From an uncultured bacterium (GTDB taxonomy: Bacteria > Cyanobacteriota > Vampirovibrionia > Gastranaerophilales > Gastranaerophilaceae): a stretch of 64,000 bases of DNA. The stretch lies in assembly GCA_949294335.1 (NCBI GenBank), contig CASFGO010000011.1, forward strand, positions 39,670-103,669. Direction: 5' to 3'. The position numbers were made by a program, and so were the translations under genes. Positions 8,434 to 18,418 of this stretch are shown here, in pieces (position 1 is the stretch's first letter; each line of letters begins with the position of its first letter). Below the pieces are notes generated by a model. It had not been told where the DNA came from. It was given only the letters and a program-made list of their open reading frames with translations, and did no database searches.

Positions 8434-10080
8434 TTAATGAACAAGGGTCTTGGCAAATTCAATAGATTTATCTGTAACTTCACCACTTGCTAGTTCTGCC
8501 AATGCTTTTAGTTTATCAGATTCATTTAATATGTATATACCAACTTGTGTACTATCACCTTGAACCTTTTTTACATATATATGTTTATCAGCTTTTGAAG
8601 CTATAATTGCTTGGTGAGTTATCATTATGATTTGACAATTTTCTGATAAGTCTGATATTTCTTCAGAAACTCTTTGAGAAGTTTTACCTGAAATTCCTGT
8701 ATCTATTTCATCAAATATAACGGTATCTATCTCATCATGTTGTGCAAATATTGTTTTTAAAGCCAACATTACTCTTGAAATTTCACCTCCAGAAGCAACC
8801 TTTGCTAAGGGTTTTAGGGGTTCAGAGATATTTGTTGATATTAAAAATTCAACATCATCCATTCCATATTTATTTAATACTGTTTCTTGAACATCAATTT
8901 TGAATTGAACTTTAGGAAGTTCTAATTTTTCTAATTTTTCTACTATTAAACTTGACAAAACTTCTGAATACATTTTTCTTTTTTCAGAAATTTCCTTAGC
9001 TAATTTAGTTAAATTTGAAGTTATAATTAAAAGTTTTTGTTCTAATTCTTCAATATTAGATTCGTAATTTTCAATTGAAGAATATTCCTCTTGCAGTTGA
9101 TCCAACGTTTTTAAAACATTTTCTAATGATGAACCATATTTCCTTTTTAGCTTATCTAAATTAAATAATCTTTCTTGTATTTCATTTAAACGTTCTGTAT
9201 CATTATCCAATGATTGAGAATAATCTCTTAGAGATGATGCTAAATCTTTCAATATTTCTGTTGCATTTATTAATTCAGCTTCAGAATCTTCTAAATTTGA
9301 ATCCATACGTGATGCTTTTGATAAATTCATTTTTAATTGTGATAATGCATTTAAAATAGAATCATCATCATTACTTATAGTCCAAGCAACTGAACCTGTT
9401 AATTCTTTTAGTTTCTCAGCATTATCTAATACTGCAAGTTCATTTTCTAATTTAACATCCTCATCTAATGATTGAATATTAACAGATTCAATTTCATCTA
9501 TTTGAAATTTTAAAAATTCAATTTGATTTTCTGACAAAGTATTTGCATTCTTTGCATTATCTAATTTTTGTTTTATTTCGACATAATCGGAATATAATGA
9601 AGAATATTCTTCAAATAAATTTGAACAAGTAGCTTTAGCATAAGAATCTAATAAATTGATATGATACTTAGGCTGCATAAATGAATACGTTTGATGTTGA
9701 GAATGTATATCAATAAACTTATCTCTTAAAAGTTTTATAAAATCTTGATTTACTAATGTCCCATTAACACGAGAACGAGAACCAGAATTAGTGATTTCTC
9801 TTGATATTATTAGTTCATTTCCATAATTTTCAATTCCATTTTCTTCCAATAGCCCGTTTATTGGTTGATTTAAAAATAAAGATAGTTCTATATAAGCTCT
9901 ATCACAACCTGTCTTGATACATTCTTTTGTCGTTTTTGCTCCAAAAACAACATCGATTGCACCAATTAAAATACTTTTACCAGAACCTGTTTCTCCGGTT
10001 ATAATATTTAATTTATTAGAAAATTCAAGTTCTAGCTTATCAATTAATATATAATTTTGAACTAATATTTTATTTAACAT
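8434..10080 (-). CDS. recN: DNA repair protein RecN
   Basis: N-terminal Walker A GETGSGKS, a long central coiled coil, the C-terminal SMC signature ASGGEISRVMLALK and Walker B VIFDEIDTG. Confidence 0.92.
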   Translation of the reverse strand: MLNKILVQNYILIDKLELEFSNKLNIITGETGSGKSILIGAIDVVFGAKTTKECIKTGCDRAYIELSLFLNQPINGLLEENGIENYGNELIISREITNSGSRSRVNGTLVNQDFIKLLRDKFIDIHSQHQTYSFMQPKYHINLLDSYAKATCSNLFEEYSSLYSDYVEIKQKLDNAKNANTLSENQIEFLKFQIDEIESVNIQSLDEDVKLENELAVLDNAEKLKELTGSVAWTISNDDDSILNALSQLKMNLSKASRMDSNLEDSEAELINATEILKDLASSLRDYSQSLDNDTERLNEIQERLFNLDKLKRKYGSSLENVLKTLDQLQEEYSSIENYESNIEELEQKLLIITSNLTKLAKEISEKRKMYSEVLSSLIVEKLEKLELPKVQFKIDVQETVLNKYGMDDVEFLISTNISEPLKPLAKVASGGEISRVMLALKTIFAQHDEIDTVIFDEIDTGISGKTSQRVSEEISDLSENCQIIMITHQAIIASKADKHIYVKKVQGDSTQVGIYILNESDKLKALAELASGEVTDKSIEFAKTLVH

Positions 10081-10117
10081 ACCACTAAGTTATCGTAAAT
10101 TTTTAATAAAATCAATC

Positions 10118-11008
10118 TTATTCAGAAACATATCCAAAGTTTTTGAGGACTTTATCATTTTTACGCCAATCTTTTTCTATTTTAACTTGTAAAGATAAAA
10201 ATACTTTCTTTTCTACTATCTTTTCTAAATCTAGTCGAGCTTCTGTTCCAATTTTCTTCAATAAAGAACCACCTTTACCAATTAAAATTCCTTTTTGACT
10301 TTTATGTTCACAATAAATATTTGCATAAATTCTATCAATTTCATCTGTTTCTTCATATTTTTCAACTTTGATTGCTACAGAATGAGGAATTTCTTCTTTT
10401 GTATTTAAAAGAATTTTTTCTCTTACAATTTCCTCCACTATTGCTCTCATACTTTCTTCAGTTACTACATCTTCTGGATACAATAATTCTCCATCAGGTA
10501 AATAGCTCATAATCATATCTATTAATTTATTTTTATTTTTGCCTGTTTTGGCTGAAATTTTTATTACAGGTTTTTCTTCATCAAATAATGCTTGATATGA
10601 CTTATAATTTTCTGTTATTTTGTCTTGATTAGAAATTTTATCCAACTTGTTCATAACAAGAATAACAGGAACATTGGTTTTTGAAATAACATTTTCTACA
10701 ATCCACTTATCACCCTTTCCTGCAGGTTCCGAGCCATCAACTAAAAATAATACTAAATCAGAATCAGGAACAGAAACCTTTGCTTCATCAAGTAAAAATT
10801 CTCCAAATTTATTTATGGGTTTATGAATTCCAGGAGTATCAACAAATACAATTTGTCCTATTTCATTAGTTAATATTCCCTTTATTCGTTTTCTTGTTGT
10901 TTGAGCTTTATCTGTTGCTATAACAATTTTTTGTCCCAATACTTGATTTAACATTGTAGATTTGCCAACATTTGGACGACCTATTATTGATACAAAACCA
11001 CTTTTCAT
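10118..11008 (-). CDS. era: GTPase Era
   Basis: GRPNVGKST (G1), DTPG (G3), NKLD (G4) and a C-terminal KH domain (ILIGKGGSLLKKIG). Confidence 0.95.
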   Translation of the reverse strand: MKSGFVSIIGRPNVGKSTMLNQVLGQKIVIATDKAQTTRKRIKGILTNEIGQIVFVDTPGIHKPINKFGEFLLDEAKVSVPDSDLVLFLVDGSEPAGKGDKWIVENVISKTNVPVILVMNKLDKISNQDKITENYKSYQALFDEEKPVIKISAKTGKNKNKLIDMIMSYLPDGELLYPEDVVTEESMRAIVEEIVREKILLNTKEEIPHSVAIKVEKYEETDEIDRIYANIYCEHKSQKGILIGKGGSLLKKIGTEARLDLEKIVEKKVFLSLQVKIEKDWRKNDKVLKNFGYVSE

Positions 11009-11052
11009 TTTATACCTTTACCTAATTTCATACTTATAAAATATTTACCCAT

Positions 11053-12600
11053 TTACCCCTTTACTGTAAAATTTTTGAACATTAAAACTTGAATATCACC
11101 AGGATTTAATTCTGTTCCAATTCTACCTGATTGTATTTCTGGTTTAATATTTCTTGTTAAGCGAAGATTTATATATTTATTTTTGGAACTTAAACCTCTA
11201 ACTTTGACAATAGCTTTTGCAGGATTTGAGAAATCTAAATTTCCAATTACAATTACTGAAAAATCTCCATTTGAACGAGCATAAGCAAATATATTCTTTA
11301 AATTTGTTTTTAATGGAATAAATTTCATTGTTGATAAATCTTCTGCATAATAATTTTTAAATTTATTAGCCATTATAAATTCATCATATATTGATTTATC
11401 ATTTCCTCCTGGTTTTCTTGAGAAATTAAATAAATCAAATTTCCCCTTATGATTAAAATAATACTCGTCATCTGTATATGTTATTGTAGCCTTCTTATTA
11501 GCCCAAGAATAATCATAATCATCCCCAGTTGCAAATCCATCAACATAATATGAATTCAATGGTAATGTACTATTTAACCATATTATCATTTTTGAAAAAT
11601 CAGCCCCTTTCAATAATATAGGACTGGTTTCATCGTGCGTTGAAAAGCTTCCAATAACTGTTTTTCTTTGTTTATCATATATTTTTTGATTAAATTTTAT
11701 AGAATCCATCAATTCTTTAGATGTTTTCCAATCTTTCAAATTGAAAAAATCACCATAATATCCATCAAAACCTACATTTAACAATTTATCATAAGTTGTA
11801 AAAGGAGCATATTTAGATGGAGCTTCTGTCCAGACATTAGATGCTTCTGCTAAAAACATAAATTCAGAATCTTTTTCTCTTGCATATTTAATTAATTTAT
11901 TCCAAAAAGTTGCAGTTCGCATAGTTGCTACGTCTGCTCTTATACCATCTGCACCTATATCCATCATTAAATCAACAAATTTTTTATGTTGATAATACAT
12001 ATCTTCATCTATTTGACCATTTTTACCTGTGTATAAAACTCTTACATCTGTCCAGTCTAATGGGATTATAGGCTGACCTGATTCATCTTTTACAAAATAC
12101 TCAGGATGAGTAATAAATAAATCATATGCTCCACAACTTGGTAAATCAACAATTACTCTTATATTTCTTTTATGACATTCTTTTATAAATTGTTTCGCTT
12201 GATCCTCAACTGATAAAGAGGAATCTGGAGATTTTAGCTGCGGATTCAAGCTTGTAAAATCAGAAATTGCATATAATGAACCAGCATTTCCTAAAGCTTT
12301 TAATTTCCCTACAGGAGTAATTGGTAAAATATGCAATGTATTTATACCCATTTTCTTTAATTCATCAAGTCTATCTATTGCATTTAGAAAATTTCCGCTT
12401 TCTTCATCATTATCAATTATTTCATTTTGATTTAAATCTTTTGCATTAAACGTCCTTATATTAATTACATATATAATTGACTCATTTTGTAAAAATAGAC
12501 TTCTTAAATCATTATTCCAATTCCCATTAACCATTTGGGCTTGAGAATTATTTGCGGATAAAAATAAAACTAAAATTAATGTTAATAATATTTTTTTCAT
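11053..12600 (-). CDS. Secreted GH13 alpha-amylase-family glycosidase
   Basis: GH13 regions are present: GADGIRADVA (region II, nucleophile Asp), FLAEA (region III Glu) and FSTHDE (region IV). Start moved to MKKILL (ATG at 12600), preceded by a GGAG SD; the track's TTG at 12612 contains that SD. Signal peptide ends ...ANNSQA. Confidence 0.8.
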   Translation of the reverse strand: MKKILLTLILVLFLSANNSQAQMVNGNWNNDLRSLFLQNESIIYVINIRTFNAKDLNQNEIIDNDEESGNFLNAIDRLDELKKMGINTLHILPITPVGKLKALGNAGSLYAISDFTSLNPQLKSPDSSLSVEDQAKQFIKECHKRNIRVIVDLPSCGAYDLFITHPEYFVKDESGQPIIPLDWTDVRVLYTGKNGQIDEDMYYQHKKFVDLMMDIGADGIRADVATMRTATFWNKLIKYAREKDSEFMFLAEASNVWTEAPSKYAPFTTYDKLLNVGFDGYYGDFFNLKDWKTSKELMDSIKFNQKIYDKQRKTVIGSFSTHDETSPILLKGADFSKMIIWLNSTLPLNSYYVDGFATGDDYDYSWANKKATITYTDDEYYFNHKGKFDLFNFSRKPGGNDKSIYDEFIMANKFKNYYAEDLSTMKFIPLKTNLKNIFAYARSNGDFSVIVIGNLDFSNPAKAIVKVRGLSSKNKYINLRLTRNIKPEIQSGRIGTELNPGDIQVLMFKNFTVKG

Positions 12601-12656
12601 AGCTATCTCCAATTTAATTTTAAGATACCATGAAGATTATGAAATAAGTAATATTT

Positions 12657-13217
12657 TTAACATATATTTATAAAATTTTTAAATAAATTTATACCATTTT
12701 CTGTTAAAATTGCCTCTGGATGGAATTGAACACCATAAACAGGATATTCAGCTATTTTTAATCCCATTAATACATTATCTTTAGTATATGCAATAGGAAT
12801 TATTGGACTTTTTATATCTTTTACTATTAAAGAATTATATCTTGTTGCTTTAAAGCCTTGTTTATAGCCATTAAATAAAGGTTCTTGTTCTGTAAAATAT
12901 ATTTCTGAACATTTACCATGCATTGGTTGTTCTGCTTCAACAACATTTGCTCCAAAAAATTCTGCAATAGATTGAAAACCTAAACATACTCCTAGTATCT
13001 TTTTATGTTTATAAAAATTTTTTATAACATCTAATGTTATACCTGCATTTTTAGGATTTGATGGACCTGGAGATAGAATTATAGATTCAAACTCCATTTC
13101 TTTTAATTCTTCAATTGTTATACTATCATTTTCAAATACTTTTATATCATGTCCCAATATTTTAAAATATTCAACAATGTTATACGTAAATGAATCATAA
13201 TTGTCAATTAAAATCAT
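12657..13217 (-). CDS. pabA: Aminodeoxychorismate/anthranilate synthase glutamine amidotransferase component II
   Basis: Class-I GATase triad context ILGVCLGFQSI and GVQFHPEA. It overlaps the upstream pabB-type gene by 4 nt. Confidence 0.8.
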   Translation of the reverse strand: MILIDNYDSFTYNIVEYFKILGHDIKVFENDSITIEELKEMEFESIILSPGPSNPKNAGITLDVIKNFYKHKKILGVCLGFQSIAEFFGANVVEAEQPMHGKCSEIYFTEQEPLFNGYKQGFKATRYNSLIVKDIKSPIIPIAYTKDNVLMGLKIAEYPVYGVQFHPEAILTENGINLFKNFINIC

Positions 13218-14860
13218 AATTCAACCTCAACCATTCCTCTAACAGAATTCACACAATATATTTTTTCTGCAGTTTCTAAATCTTCTTTATATAAAACTTT
13301 TTCTTTTACTTTTTTGTTATCAATTAAATACTGTCTGTAACAACCATTTAATAAACCACAATCAATTGGAGGAGTATACAAAATTCCATTAATTTGCACA
13401 ACTATATTTGTCCTTGTACCTTCTGTAATTTCTCCTTTTTCATTATAAAAAATAATATCAAAATAATCATCTAATATAAATTCATACCAAGGTCTAAACG
13501 TTGTCTTATGCTTCAGGAAAATATTATTTGAATTAATTGAACTATTTGATAGTATTATTTTATTTGTTTTAATTTCATTTATTTTTCTATACTCAATCTT
13601 TGAAAAACCATTTTTAGATCGTACATATCTTGCGATACAATCTTTTGAGGTATCAAAAATAAAATCCTGTTCATTAAAATCAAAACCTAATTCTTTTGCT
13701 GAATTTTTAATTCGCTTTTTATGATAATCATATAATTGAACTTCACCATTTTTAATTAAAACAGTTTCAAGAAGATTAAATTTAACCTCCTTATCTAATA
13801 TTCTCTTTTTAGTAACAGTTTCTTCCCATTCTTCTAAAATATCAGAATCCCAAACTATAGCACCACCAACAAAATAATTATAGAATTTTTTATCATAAAA
13901 TCTATTTTTTTGTAAAATTCTTATTGGAACACTAAATATACACTCATCCTTTGATAAATAACCAATAGCTCCACAATATATACCTCGATTATATTGTTCT
14001 AAATCATCTATAATATTCATTGTAGATATTTTAGGAGCTCCAGTAATTGAACCACAAGGAAATATTGCTTTTAAAATATCATATAAATTTATATCATCCT
14101 CTAATTCGGCAGAAATTTCTGAAGTCATTTGAAATACTGTTGGATGGGCTTCAATATTAAACAATTTGTCTACTTTTACAGTCCCGGTTTTAGCTATTTT
14201 ACTTAAATCATTCCTTAGCAAGTCAACAATCATGACATTTTCGGCTAGATTTTTTTCATCATTTTTCAGAAAGTTATACTGTTTAAAATCTTCATCTTCT
14301 GTTTCACCTCTTGGAGCTGTTCCCTTCATTGGTTTTGTTGTTATTATATTACCTTCTATTTTGAAAAATAATTCAGGAGAGAAAGATAATAATTCTTCCC
14401 ATTCATTTGCTATATATGTATTATATGGAGTCTTTTGAGTTGGCAATAAATAATTATATAAAGATAAACTATCAGCATTAGAATATACTCTATAAGGATA
14501 AGTATAATTTACCTCATATGTATTTCCATGCGCTATCTCCAATTTTATTCTTTCTATTGCATCTTTATAAGAGCTATAACTCAATTCTGATTCCGTATAT
14601 ATACTGATTTGTTTCCGCGGAATATAAGAAACATATTCTGTGAACTCATCATAAACTTCAAAATACAATAATGGTAACTCTGTTTTTATTTTTTTATTCA
14701 AAAAAACATTTTTTGCATCATATCTTATATAACCTAATAGATAAAATCCTTTATTCCTATATTCTTCAATTTTTGAGAAAACAAATCTAAACTCTTCATC
14801 TGAAAAAGCTACTATTTTATCTATTGGCGCTAAAAAGCATTTATTATGATATATTTGCAT
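13214..14860 (-). CDS. pabB: Aminodeoxychorismate synthase component I fused to an aminodeoxychorismate-lyase-like (class IV aminotransferase fold) C-terminal domain
   Basis: Chorismate-binding signature FPCGSITGAPKISTMNIIDDLE...RGIYCGAIGY. The C-terminal roughly 190 aa (LLETVLIKNGEVQLYDYHKKRI...EGTRTNIVV...VNSVRG) resemble PabC/IlvE-fold proteins. Confidence 0.75.
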   Translation of the reverse strand: MQIYHNKCFLAPIDKIVAFSDEEFRFVFSKIEEYRNKGFYLLGYIRYDAKNVFLNKKIKTELPLLYFEVYDEFTEYVSYIPRKQISIYTESELSYSSYKDAIERIKLEIAHGNTYEVNYTYPYRVYSNADSLSLYNYLLPTQKTPYNTYIANEWEELLSFSPELFFKIEGNIITTKPMKGTAPRGETEDEDFKQYNFLKNDEKNLAENVMIVDLLRNDLSKIAKTGTVKVDKLFNIEAHPTVFQMTSEISAELEDDINLYDILKAIFPCGSITGAPKISTMNIIDDLEQYNRGIYCGAIGYLSKDECIFSVPIRILQKNRFYDKKFYNYFVGGAIVWDSDILEEWEETVTKKRILDKEVKFNLLETVLIKNGEVQLYDYHKKRIKNSAKELGFDFNEQDFIFDTSKDCIARYVRSKNGFSKIEYRKINEIKTNKIILSNSSINSNNIFLKHKTTFRPWYEFILDDYFDIIFYNEKGEITEGTRTNIVVQINGILYTPPIDCGLLNGCYRQYLIDNKKVKEKVLYKEDLETAEKIYCVNSVRGMVEVEL

Positions 14861-14863
14861 AAT

Positions 14864-15484
14864 TTATAATACTTTCATCCTTGTAAGCGGCCAAAATAAA
14901 AATACTGCTTTGCCAACAAATCTATCTTCAGGTAAAAATCCCCAAAAACGGCTATCTTGAGAATTACCTCTATTATCACCCATCATAAAATATTGACCTT
15001 GAGGGATTATAAATGGCCCACAATACATTTTATCATCACAAGGAATTGAATCAAAATCACTTAAGATATAATCTTCTTCTAATGGCTTATTATTTATGTA
15101 GACAAAATATCTTCCTCGGGAATTTCTTTTTATTTCAAGTTTATCACCTGGCATACCAACAACTCTTTTTATATATGCAATATCTTTACAGAAAAAACCT
15201 GTTAATCTTCTGAATATCCCACCAGCAGACTCATCTAATTCAACAAATGGAGGATAAAACACCATTATATCACCACGTTTTGGAGTAGAATAAAACCTTG
15301 AAAATCGTTCAACAAATATTCTATCACCTTCTATTAAGGTTGGTCGCATTGAGCCTGATGGAATCCATCTAATCTCTCCGATAAAAAATCTTATTATTGT
15401 AACCATTACAACTACAAAAACAATTGTATCTATTGTTTCTTTTAAAAAAGGTTTAATTTCTTTTTTTATTTTTTCTATTTCCAT
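14864..15484 (-). CDS. lepB: Signal peptidase I
   Basis: N-terminal TM segment, catalytic SGSMRPTL, the Lys box YIKRVVGMPGD and GDNRGNSQDSR. Confidence 0.9.
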   Translation of the reverse strand: MEIEKIKKEIKPFLKETIDTIVFVVVMVTIIRFFIGEIRWIPSGSMRPTLIEGDRIFVERFSRFYSTPKRGDIMVFYPPFVELDESAGGIFRRLTGFFCKDIAYIKRVVGMPGDKLEIKRNSRGRYFVYINNKPLEEDYILSDFDSIPCDDKMYCGPFIIPQGQYFMMGDNRGNSQDSRFWGFLPEDRFVGKAVFLFWPLTRMKVL

Positions 15485-16314
15485 AATTTATCAATTAGCC
15501 CTATTAAATAACCCTTATATATATCATCTTTATAATTTTGAATAATATTTTTTGCTTTCTCGCAATAATTATGAATTAAATCTAAAGTTTTTTCAATAGC
15601 AACATCATTATATTCAATAGAATTTAACAATATAACAGGTGCAGTATAAACACCACCTTTTATATCTTGAGAATTTTCTAACCCTTTTTTATAATCATCT
15701 AAATCATTTTTTATTTGGAATGCAATACCAAAATTTAATGCAAACTCTCCTACTTCATTAGTATTTTTGATATCACTATACAATGCTGTTGAAAACATAC
15801 AAGCCTTAAAAAGTTCAGCTGTTTTATACTGTGTTTTTATTAAGTATTCTTCTAATGTAGGTATTTTATCCTTTGAAAAATATTGTTGACTTTCACCTAT
15901 ACACATTTTTGAAATTGTTTCAAAAAATATTTTTATAATATCATTATTGTTTAATTCCAATAACTCTTTTGTTGCTAGAGAAATAAGATAATCCCCTGCA
16001 ATTACTGCTAGCTTATTATCATATTTAGAATTTATTGAATTATTACCACGTCTTAAAAGACTTCCATCAATTGTATCATCATGTATTAATGATGCATTAT
16101 GTATTAATTCTGTGGCGATAAGAATTTTATATTGTTCTTCAGATATATTACCCTTAAAAAATAAACAAGCTAAAAGACTTCTTATCATTTTAGATTCTTG
16201 AGATAAAAAATTATAAAGAATATCTTTTAACTCAGATGAATCAACATTGAGATTCAAAAGTCTTGATTTTATACACTCTAAGTGATTTGATACAGGCACT
16301 AAAGTCAAATTCAT
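15475..16314 (-). CDS. Polyprenyl diphosphate synthase family protein (short, 279 aa)
   Basis: First Asp-rich motif LIHDDTID. The second Asp-rich region is FQIKNDLDD (variant). Chain-length specificity cannot be told from the sequence. Confidence 0.75.
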   Translation of the reverse strand: MNLTLVPVSNHLECIKSRLLNLNVDSSELKDILYNFLSQESKMIRSLLACLFFKGNISEEQYKILIATELIHNASLIHDDTIDGSLLRRGNNSINSKYDNKLAVIAGDYLISLATKELLELNNNDIIKIFFETISKMCIGESQQYFSKDKIPTLEEYLIKTQYKTAELFKACMFSTALYSDIKNTNEVGEFALNFGIAFQIKNDLDDYKKGLENSQDIKGGVYTAPVILLNSIEYNDVAIEKTLDLIHNYCEKAKNIIQNYKDDIYKGYLIGLIDKLWK

Positions 16315-16372
16315 ACTTACGAGTTTAACACAAATTCTAATATGGTTATACTAAGCTACCTATCGTATTAAG

Positions 16373-17719
16373 TTATATATTCAAAACTTCTTTTGCACAC
16401 GACACTGCAACATCTGTTACATACTCCATATCCTCCTCATCTATTATAAGAGGAGGATTGAAATAAATTACATCACCTAATGGCCTTAAAAGAACCCCTT
16501 TATCTAAAGCTTTCTTATATATTTGATAACCTAACCTTAGTTTTCCATCAAAAGATTCCTTAGTTTTGGTATCTTTCACTAGTTCTATCGCATTAATTAA
16601 TCCTAAATCTCTAATATCTCCAACATAAGGTAATTTTGAGAATTTTTCTTTAATCATATTATTAAATATTGGAGCTTTTTTATTTGCATTTTCAATTATA
16701 TTTTCATCATCAAGAATATTAAGAACTTCAATAGCTGCTGAACAACCAAGAGGGTTTCCTGCATAAGTATGCGAATGCATAAATGCTTTACCTTCTAAAT
16801 AATCAGAATAAAATGCATCATATATTTCTTGAGTTGTTATAGCTATAGACATTGGCATATAACCACCGGTTAAACCTTTTGATACACACATAATATCAGG
16901 AGATACTCCTGCCCAATCGAACGCAAACATTTTACCTGTTCGTCCATAGCCTGTCGCTATCTCATCAGCTATTAAATGAACATTGTATTCATCACATAAT
17001 GCTCTTAATTTTTTCAAATAAACAGGTGAATACATTTTCATGCCAGCAGAACCTTGTAATAAAGGTTCAACAATCATTGCAGCAGTTTCATTCCCAAATT
17101 CTTTAAAAGCTTTTTCTGTCCTTTCAAAACATTCAGCATTACAAGTTTTATAATGCTTGCAATATGGACATCTATAACAATCTGGTTTATCTATTCTTAT
17201 AATATCTAGCAACAAAGGCTTATATAATTTTGTATATAAGTCACAATCCCCAACGGCTAAAGCCGCAAGTGTTTCCCCATGATATGCTTCTGTCATTGCC
17301 ATAAAACGAATTTTTTGAGGATTACCTGTTTGCTTATGATACTGAAAACTCATCTTTAATGCCATTTCAATAGATGATGAACCATTATCTGCAAAATTAA
17401 ATTTACATAGACCTTTAGGTATTTTATCCATTAATTTTTGACATAAAGTAATTGCAGTCTTATGTGAAAAATTAGCAAAAATTACGTGTTCTAATGAATC
17501 TAACTGTTTTTTTATTGCATTACTTATTCTAGAATTACAATGTCCTAATAAATTACACCACCACGAACTTACAACATCTTTATAACATTTTCCATCTATA
17601 TCATATAAATTTATACCTTTTGCATGATCAATGATAATTGGAGGAAATCCTTCATAATCCTTCATTTGAGAACAAGGATGCCATATATATTTCAAATCTT
17701 CTTCTTGCCACTTATTCAT
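16373..17719 (-). CDS. bioA: Adenosylmethionine-8-amino-7-oxononanoate aminotransferase
   Basis: Class-III aminotransferase with LIADEIATGYGRTGKMFA and the PLP lysine context VSKGLTGGY. Adjacent to bioD. Confidence 0.9.
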   Translation of the reverse strand: MNKWQEEDLKYIWHPCSQMKDYEGFPPIIIDHAKGINLYDIDGKCYKDVVSSWWCNLLGHCNSRISNAIKKQLDSLEHVIFANFSHKTAITLCQKLMDKIPKGLCKFNFADNGSSSIEMALKMSFQYHKQTGNPQKIRFMAMTEAYHGETLAALAVGDCDLYTKLYKPLLLDIIRIDKPDCYRCPYCKHYKTCNAECFERTEKAFKEFGNETAAMIVEPLLQGSAGMKMYSPVYLKKLRALCDEYNVHLIADEIATGYGRTGKMFAFDWAGVSPDIMCVSKGLTGGYMPMSIAITTQEIYDAFYSDYLEGKAFMHSHTYAGNPLGCSAAIEVLNILDDENIIENANKKAPIFNNMIKEKFSKLPYVGDIRDLGLINAIELVKDTKTKESFDGKLRLGYQIYKKALDKGVLLRPLGDVIYFNPPLIIDEEDMEYVTDVAVSCAKEVLNI

Positions 17720-17721
17720 AA

Positions 17722-18390
17722 TTACACTTCCTTAAATATTGTATTATTGATATCTATATCAATATCATTCTTTTTAACTTTTGCTAAAATTTTTAACTCT
17801 GTTAAATCTTCGATAACTTTAGCATTATCTTCATACATAAAATTATCGACATAATTATTTAAAATAATTCCAGTAATAGGAATATCTCTATTTTTAGCAT
17901 ATTCTACAGACAAAAGAACGGAATTTATAGTTCCAAGACCTCCATCTGCAACTATAATAATTGAGGTATTCATATCTTTTATTAAATCATTCATTAAATA
18001 ATTATTTTTTAGATTGATAGGACAAGTTATACCTCCAGCCCCTTCAATTAGAAGATAGTCATATTCTCTTTTTTTATTATCAAAATCTTCCAGTATTTTA
18101 TCTTTTGATATTTCTATATTTTGTCTTTCTGCTGCAAGATGAGGAGATACAGCTTCTTCAAAACAGTATGAAAGGCAGTTCATAGGATTACAACTCAAAC
18201 CTGATGTATCAATTACTTGTTTACAATCACCAGGAATAAGTTTGTAATTTTTTCTTATCGCCCCACTCAAAACAGGTTTATAATATCCACAATTAAAACC
18301 CAACTCTCTCATTTTTTTGACAATCAGAGCTGAAACGTAAGTTTTTCCTATGTCAGTTCCGGTTGCTGTAATAAATAAACATTTTGTCAT
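17722..18390 (-). CDS. bioD: Dethiobiotin synthase
   Basis: P-loop TATGTDIGKT and the EGAGG motif. 222 aa, 2 nt downstream of bioA. Confidence 0.9.
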   Translation of the reverse strand: MTKCLFITATGTDIGKTYVSALIVKKMRELGFNCGYYKPVLSGAIRKNYKLIPGDCKQVIDTSGLSCNPMNCLSYCFEEAVSPHLAAERQNIEISKDKILEDFDNKKREYDYLLIEGAGGITCPINLKNNYLMNDLIKDMNTSIIIVADGGLGTINSVLLSVEYAKNRDIPITGIILNNYVDNFMYEDNAKVIEDLTELKILAKVKKNDIDIDINNTIFKEV

Positions 18391-18418
18391 TTTTAGCCTC
18401 CGTTACTTTCATTATAGT

